Positions 7,150 to 12,227 of a stretch of DNA of 12,227 bases are shown piece after piece. Location: the IMG/VR virus record IMGVR_UViG_2671180903_000014, positions 1 to 12,227 of that record; one strand, written 5' to 3'. A program made the position numbers and the translations under genes. The notes beneath the pieces were generated by a model. The model did no database searches, was not told where the DNA came from, and saw only the letters and a list, made by a program, of their open reading frames with translations. The DNA is from a virus. Taxonomy: Duplodnaviria; Heunggongvirae; Uroviricota; Caudoviricetes. Every line of letters starts with the position of its first letter. The stretch's first letter is position 1.

Positions 7150-7350
7150 CAACCTCTCACTTTTTCGCCTCACTTTTTCAAGCGTCTCACTTCGTCGCAG
7201 TTGGGATTTTCGGTTTTTCTATGTGTGTGTTTCATAAGTATTTTTTTACCCCTCACTTTTGAGGATGTATACAGGTCGAAAAGTGAGGGAGAGCGGGCTA
7301 ATTTTGGCCCTCTTTCTATCCCCCTCGCTTTTGCTCCTCACTTTTATAGC
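7150..7350. repeat. Iteron array with a central A/T-rich stretch; candidate replication origin
   Basis: Seven copies of CCTCAC(T/G)TTT (7156, 7169, 7186, 7250, 7323, 7337 direct; 7279 inverted) flanking an A/T-rich stretch at 7201-7248, immediately 3' of the rep gene. Confidence 0.6.
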
Positions 7351-8743
7351 GGCGCTACATCATCCCCATCGATACGAATAACCCCATCTTTTTCCAGCTT
7401 GTACAGCCAGCGCCGGAAGTTTTTCATTTCATACCCCAGCTTTTTCATGTCATCACGTAACAGCGGGATCGTGCACTTGTCGCCGTTCTGTGTGCGTGAA
7501 CGGATGCACCCCCATAGCGCGGTATGGTTTTCCGTCTTGTTCCCTGCCTCCTCGATGCGCTCCAGTTCAACAGGAGGGCGCGGATCATCCACCACCACCA
7601 GCGACGTGATTAATTCACCGTCAGCGTCGGTAAAAAGCTCCACCACGCGTAAGTCATATGCGGCTTCTTTGAGTTCCTCCGCGTCCTTCATTTTGGTGCA
7701 TGAGATAACCAGCGCTTCGCTTCCTGCGTCCTCCCTGCGTATCCGGTATTCAGCATCCAGCGAAGCACGAAATGCACTGGAACCGCGCGCGCCTTTCGTC
7801 TCATCCTTGCCGGAATGGTGAACCACCAGCACCGTGGCCCCTGTGCGTCGTTTCAGTTCGTCACAACCACGGATAAACGCCCCATATCACGGGAATCATT
7901 TTCATCATTCCCACCAAAGCAACGCGCCAGCGTATCCAGAATAATCATGCGTACAGGTTTACCCGTTTCCCGCTCCACCTGACGGGCAGCGATAACCATT
8001 TCATCAACATCAAGCGGGGCAGCCGGAAAGATGGGGCGGTTTACCAGATACAGATTTTTCACCTGCTCATCGTGCACAACCTCCCAGGCTTTTACACGAC
8101 GCGGAACACCTATACCGCCTTCACCAACCACATAGAGAACCGCACCATGTGCAACCCTGCGGCCTCCCCACTGGCGACCAGTGGCAACATGGCACGCCCA
8201 CGATCCGGCAAGGAATGATTTATAGGACCCGCTAGCCCCGTATATGCTGCATAGCGATACCGCCGGAATAATCCCCTTAACCACGTAATCCAGTTGCGTG
8301 TCGTATCCGGTAGATCCAACGCTCATCGGTAGCGTGGTTTTTCGCTGGTGGTTTTTTTCTTCCGCCGGCTCTTTCCCGCGCACCCGTTCCAGGTATTCGC
8401 GCCAGTTCTCCCGCATATGGCTGTGCATCCCTTCGGGGTAATAATTCGCATCAGTTACACCCGCCGCCGCCAGCTTGTGCGCAATGGCATTAATATTTGA
8501 TGGCCTGATGTGGCCTGCCTTGTACAGCCGGACACAATAGCGCCCCTCGTCGATGATTCTCAGGTCTGCCAGTTCATCCAGTTGATCATCAGCCAGCACA
8601 ACGGGAGGCACATTATCGCCAGCCAGTCGCCCGTCCTGTTCCTGCCACTGTTTCGCATGTGCCCAGGCATCACTACCCGCAAAAATAATGACTTCGGTCA
8701 TCTTGTCGTAAGGCTGTTTTTTTAAGTTCGGTGCGCTTTTCAT
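7344..8743 (-). pseudogene. RepA-like AAA ATPase (RecA-fold replication helicase) split by a frameshift
   Basis: The upstream ORF (8743-7853) ends ..ILDTLARCFGGNDENDSRDMG; the downstream ORF continues in another frame with AFIRGCDELKRRTGATVLVVHHSGKDETKG. Joined, they give the typical DEN..M......L....G..VL.VHH..K motif. The frames meet in the C4/G4 run at 7880-7883; one extra G would restore a ~470-aa protein. Confidence 0.75.
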
Positions 8744-8761
8744 TTCTTGCCCCTGAATCCG

Positions 8762-9208
8762 TTAAAATCTGGCCTGAACTGCCGGAGGCGTAGGCCATTC
8801 AATATCTGGCGCACTGGAGGTATCAACCAGCTCCAGTGCATCCAGATAATCCAGCCACAAATTATATTGCGCCAGTTCCTCACCTTTCAGACGACCAATA
8901 GCGGCTTTACCGGGCCATTGCTTACTGTTCATGTATTCGTTGGCCTGGTTAATTAGTAGCTGTCTTTCTGATTCAGTAATTTCAATAAGCTCTTCATGCG
9001 TGGGTGGAGGAATATCTGCCCACGCAGGCAGCCCATCATCTCCGGCAATACGGATTTTTCCTTGTGGCGGTTCAGCCATAAACTCACTGATAATATTTTG
9101 ATTTACTTCCTTAGCGTCTGATAAATCCCATCCCTCTGATTTATATTTATCAATCATATCCACAGGGAAAAAAGCATTATGCCTTGCGCTATAAACATAT
9201 TCGTTCAT
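8762..9208 (-). CDS. Tail fibre assembly protein (Tfa)
   Basis: N-terminus MNEYVYSARHNAFFP and C-terminus ..VDTSSAPDIEWPTPP match Tfa proteins (lambda Tfa ends ..VDTSTAPDIEWP); RBS AGGGTGA before ATG 9208. The longest ORF starts at a GTG (9217). Confidence 0.85.
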   Translation of the reverse strand: MNEYVYSARHNAFFPVDMIDKYKSEGWDLSDAKEVNQNIISEFMAEPPQGKIRIAGDDGLPAWADIPPPTHEELIEITESERQLLINQANEYMNSKQWPGKAAIGRLKGEELAQYNLWLDYLDALELVDTSSAPDIEWPTPPAVQARF

Positions 9209-9228
9209 ATAAATCACCCTGAATAAAA

Positions 9229-9642
9229 TTACTCACCAACAGCCCACCAACTGTAATTCATCGATACCGTGTCGCTGGTTGATGACGTTCTGTAAGCAGA
9301 ATTAAAGCCGGTTAACGTTGGGCCTTCTGCAGTCATCACGAACCCTCGCCCAGCGCCTAAAGGCGCACCGCCATCACCAGAATGAGTAAGCATGGCGCAG
9401 TCCGCTTTTTTGGGGAAAGGGATGCTGAATGTAATTCTCATTGTTTGCGTCGATAATGTCGGCGTAACCGCACCACGACCATATTGCAGGATTTTCCCGT
9501 TGGGTAATTTCATCCATCCATCACCACTGGCAAAAGAGGCCATGTCCGGTATCTGATTTTCCCCTGTCCCCACATCCCGTTTTGCCGCTTCTCCCAAACC
9601 AACGTTTATGAAAATGCAGAAATAACGAGCAAATGGCATCAT
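9229..9642 (-). pseudogene. Tail-fibre C-terminal variable segment without its constant N-terminal part (alternate cassette of an invertible segment)
   Basis: Lies between the crossover site and tfa, reading away from pin, as for the alternate Sv' cassette of the Mu G segment and the e14 P segment; no tail-fibre N-terminal domain upstream. Confidence 0.5.
9589..9614. other. Candidate Pin crossover site (pix-like)
   Basis: TTCTCCCAAACCAACGTTTATGAAAA matches the recalled hixL site TTCTTGAAAACCAAGGTTTTTGATAA at 20 of 26 positions; sits just upstream of pin inside the tail-fibre fragment. Confidence 0.55.
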
Positions 9643-9668
9643 TCCTGCTTTTGTCAGGGGGATCTACC

Positions 9669-10223
9669 ATGCTTATTGGCTATGTACGCGTATCAACAAA
9701 TGACCAGAACACAGATCTACAACGTAATGCGCTGAACTGTGCAGGATGCGAGCTGATTTTTGAAGACAAGATAAGCGGTACAAAGTCCGAAAGGCCGGGA
9801 CTGAAAAAACTGCTCAGGACATTATCGGCAGGTGACACGCTGGTGGTCTGGAAACTGGACCGGCTGGGGCGCAGTATGCGGCATCTTGTCGTGCTGGTGG
9901 AGGAGTTGCGCGAACGAGGCATCAACTTTCGTAGTCTGACGGATTCAATTGATACCAGTACCCCAATGGGGCGCTTTTTCTTTCATGTGATGGGTGCCCT
10001 GGCTGAAATGGAGCGTGAACTGATTGTTGAAAGAACAAAAGCTGGACTGGAAGCTGCTCGCGCACAGGGACGAATTGGTGGACGTCGTCCCAAACTTACA
10101 CCAGAACAATGGGAACAGGCCGGACGATTAATTGCATCAGGAGTTCCTCGCCAGAAGGTGGCGATTATCTATGATGTTGGTGTGTCAACTTTGTATAAGA
10201 GGTTTCCTGCAGGGGATAAATAA
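9669..10223 (+). CDS. pin: Serine DNA invertase Pin (Hin/Gin/Cin family)
   Basis: MLIGYVRVSTNDQNTDLQRNAL..VVWKLDRLGRS..GINFRSLTDSIDTS.PMGRFFFHVMGALAEMERELI..GRIGGR with C-terminal HTH; RBS AGGGGGA before ATG 9669. The listed ORF start at 9633 is an upstream extension. Confidence 0.92.
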   Translation: MLIGYVRVSTNDQNTDLQRNALNCAGCELIFEDKISGTKSERPGLKKLLRTLSAGDTLVVWKLDRLGRSMRHLVVLVEELRERGINFRSLTDSIDTSTPMGRFFFHVMGALAEMERELIVERTKAGLEAARAQGRIGGRRPKLTPEQWEQAGRLIASGVPRQKVAIIYDVGVSTLYKRFPAGDK

Positions 10224-10329
10224 AGTTAAAGACACTTTGTGTACAAAAGAAAGTAAAACAACAGCAACTTGTTGCAATTTTATCAATAAAAGTAGTATTG
10301 TCGTGAAAAATTGATTAAAGATTAATATT

Positions 10330-11163
10330 ATGCATGTTTTTGATAATAATGGAATTGAACTGAAAGCTGAGTGTTCGATAGGTGAAGAGGATGGTGTTTA
10401 TGGTCTAATCCTTGAGTCGTGGGGGCCGGGTGACAGAAACAAAGATTACAATATCGCTCTTGATTATATCATTGAACGGTTGGTTGATTCTGGTGTATCC
10501 CAAGTCGTAGTATATCTGGCGTCATCATCAGTCAGAAAACATATGCATTCTTTGGATGAAAGAAAAATCCATCCTGGTGAATATTTTACTTTGATTGGTA
10601 ATAGCCCCCGCGAGATACGCTTGAAGATGTGTGGTTATCAGGCTTATTTTAGTCGTACGGGGAGAAAGGAAATTCCTTCCGGCAATAGAACGAAACGAAT
10701 ATTGATAAATGTTCCAGGTATTTATAGTGACAGTTTTTGGGCGTCTATAATACGTGGAGAACTATCAGAGCTTTCACAGCCTACAGATGATGAATCGCTT
10801 CTGAATATGAGGGTTAGTAAATTAATTAAGAAAACGTTGGGTCAACCCGAGGGCTCCAGGAAACCAGTTGAGGTAGAAAGACTACAAAAAGTTTATGTCC
10901 GAGACCCGATGGTAAAAGCTTGGATTTTACAGCAAAGTAAAGGTATATGTGAAAACTGTGGTAAAAATGCTCCGTTTTATTTAAATGATGGAAACCCATA
11001 TTTGGAAGTGCATCATGTAATTCCCCTGTCTTCAGGTGGTGCTGATACAACAGATAACTGTGTTGCCCTTTGTCCGAATTGTCATAGAGAATTGCACTAT
11101 AGTAAAAATGCAAAAGAACTAATCGAGATGCTTTACGTTAATATAAACCGATTACAGAAATAA
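10330..11163 (+). CDS. mcrA: Type IV modification-dependent restriction endonuclease McrA (HNH)
   Basis: 277 aa; matches e14 McrA from memory, with C-terminal HNH motif HHVIPLSSGG..NCVALCPNCH; A/T-rich context typical of acquired DNA. Confidence 0.92.
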   Translation: MHVFDNNGIELKAECSIGEEDGVYGLILESWGPGDRNKDYNIALDYIIERLVDSGVSQVVVYLASSSVRKHMHSLDERKIHPGEYFTLIGNSPREIRLKMCGYQAYFSRTGRKEIPSGNRTKRILINVPGIYSDSFWASIIRGELSELSQPTDDESLLNMRVSKLIKKTLGQPEGSRKPVEVERLQKVYVRDPMVKAWILQQSKGICENCGKNAPFYLNDGNPYLEVHHVIPLSSGGADTTDNCVALCPNCHRELHYSKNAKELIEMLYVNINRLQK

Positions 11164-11397
11164 AATTGTTTATTAAAGTCACATTTAAGACGTAATACCC
11201 TACAGGGTAAAAATTTTCTCTGATCTTAACTTCTGCAAATGTTAACTGCTATTTTTATGCTAAAAATGGTTATCAAAACTCAAAAACACATGTTTATAAT
11301 CAATGAGTTATAGAAATGCTAAGGGCTAATGAGTTATATGCAAATTAGTAAAATTATGTTGCTATCTCAAATAGTTACGATTTAGTCATCTAACTAA

Positions 11398-11562
11398 TGC
11401 TGCGCCATATGGGCTGGACTGAAGCCGCAGACCTGATTGTTAAAGGTATGGAAGGCGCAATCAACGCCAAGACCGTAACCTATGACTTCGAACGTCTGAT
11501 GGAAGGCGCTAAACTGCTGAAATGTTCAGAGTTTGGTGACGCGATCATCAAAAATATGTAAT
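11398..11562 (+). pseudogene. icdC: Displaced 3' end of icd (isocitrate dehydrogenase), marking the e14-type attR
   Basis: In-frame translation [53 protein letters not shown] is the ICD C-terminus; no upstream icd body. Confidence 0.85.
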
Positions 11563-11584
11563 TACCACATGTGTTAAATATTAT

Positions 11585-11613
11585 AACGGGCGTATAACAC
11601 GCCCGTTGTTTTT
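11585..11613 (+). terminator. Rho-independent terminator after the icd remnant
   Basis: AACGGGCGT-ataac-ACGCCCGTT hairpin followed by GTTTTT, 23 bp past the stop. Confidence 0.6.
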
Positions 11614-11822
11614 ATAAATATGTTAACCGTTATAAAATAACGTATCAAAAGTCAAGTGAACACATTTCAAATATCAATTTGATCGTATTGGTCTGGTGAT
11701 TATTTATGGGGAGCAATAAAAAGACAGTATTAATCATCCATAGGGATAGTCTCTGCACTTTTATTTCCATTATGCTAATGCCTTACTGAATTATGAAGCA
11801 TTTTTTAAGCTCCCAACTTTAG

Positions 11823-12227
11823 CTAGATTAATGGTTTATTATTTTCTACATCTTCAATATATAAAAGCGTATTATCAATGGCGTAGTAACTGCGTTTGTT
11901 ATGATTAACATCAGTAACCCACCGGAAAACGCCAGCGCCTGCCAGTGTTGAACAGTATTCCCGAAATGTAGATTTTCCGCGAATATGAAGCAATGCGGCC
12001 TCTTTTATTTTAGCTGGGTTCTTGGTCGTACTAACTTTTAACAGGTTCCTGGTTCCTCTTAATAACAAAACCGTGTCATCGTGAGTAATAATTCTGATGT
12101 TATCCGTAGCCAGATAATAAATGTAATGTGCAATACGGTGATGTTTTAATTCTGAATAAAACCAGGAGAAGTTTTGCTCTTTTCTCACTTGCTCAAACAT
12201 CTTTTGAAAAACAACGACCTGATCCAT
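11823..12227 (-). CDS. DUF1398-family protein (YcgX/YbcV/YdfO-like)
   Basis: 134 aa; C-terminal AGVFRWVTD..YYAIDNTLLYIE resembles the prophage-flanking DUF1398 family from memory. Position next to icdC fits K-12 ycgX, but iraM is not seen between them. Confidence 0.55.
   Translation of the reverse strand: MDQVVVFQKMFEQVRKEQNFSWFYSELKHHRIAHYIYYLATDNIRIITHDDTVLLLRGTRNLLKVSTTKNPAKIKEAALLHIRGKSTFREYCSTLAGAGVFRWVTDVNHNKRSYYAIDNTLLYIEDVENNKPLI

Noticed and set aside
7150-7350. Possible CRISPR array
   Set aside because: Repeats are about 10 bp, irregularly spaced and partly inverted, with no spacer structure or cas genes; they fit iterons.
7135-7821. 228-aa Ser-rich plus-strand ORF
   Set aside because: Low-complexity, antisense to the Rep C-terminal half and running through the iteron array; no RBS context.
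8110-8725. Short ORFs inside the Rep gene (69 aa minus, 71 aa plus)
   Set aside because: Alternative-frame or antisense ORFs nested in a gene with clear ATPase motifs.
2278-8743. Search for portal, prohead protease, large terminase, tail, lysis and integrase genes
   Set aside because: No ORF of suitable size or motif exists in any frame; their absence is treated as a real property of the locus within this window.
1-12227. Insertion sequences or transposase genes at the junctions
   Set aside because: No transposase-like ORF or terminal inverted repeats of an IS were seen; the only long inverted repeat is the cos pair.

Overview
The window runs from a complete phoQ sensor-kinase gene into a block of phage-derived DNA on the minus strand (about 2.3-8.7 kb), then into the right end of an e14-type cryptic prophage: tail fibre assembly gene, tail-fibre C-terminal fragment, Pin invertase, mcrA, the displaced icd 3' end, and a DUF1398 gene. 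The phage-derived block is the interesting part. It reads like a compact phage-satellite or PICI-like module rather than a decayed lambdoid prophage: a RepA-like AAA ATPase (frameshifted in a G4 run) followed by an iteron origin, SSB, a PerC-like regulator, a terminator-insulated and operator-controlled operon encoding homologues of lambda major capsid protein E and decoration protein D plus two unknown small proteins, and a Nu1-like small terminase bracketed by two lambda-type cos sites in inverted orientation. No portal, protease, large terminase, tail or lysis genes and no integrase are present. All calls rest on reading the sequence and on recalled protein and lambda cos sequences; no database search was run, so the satellite interpretation is a hypothesis.
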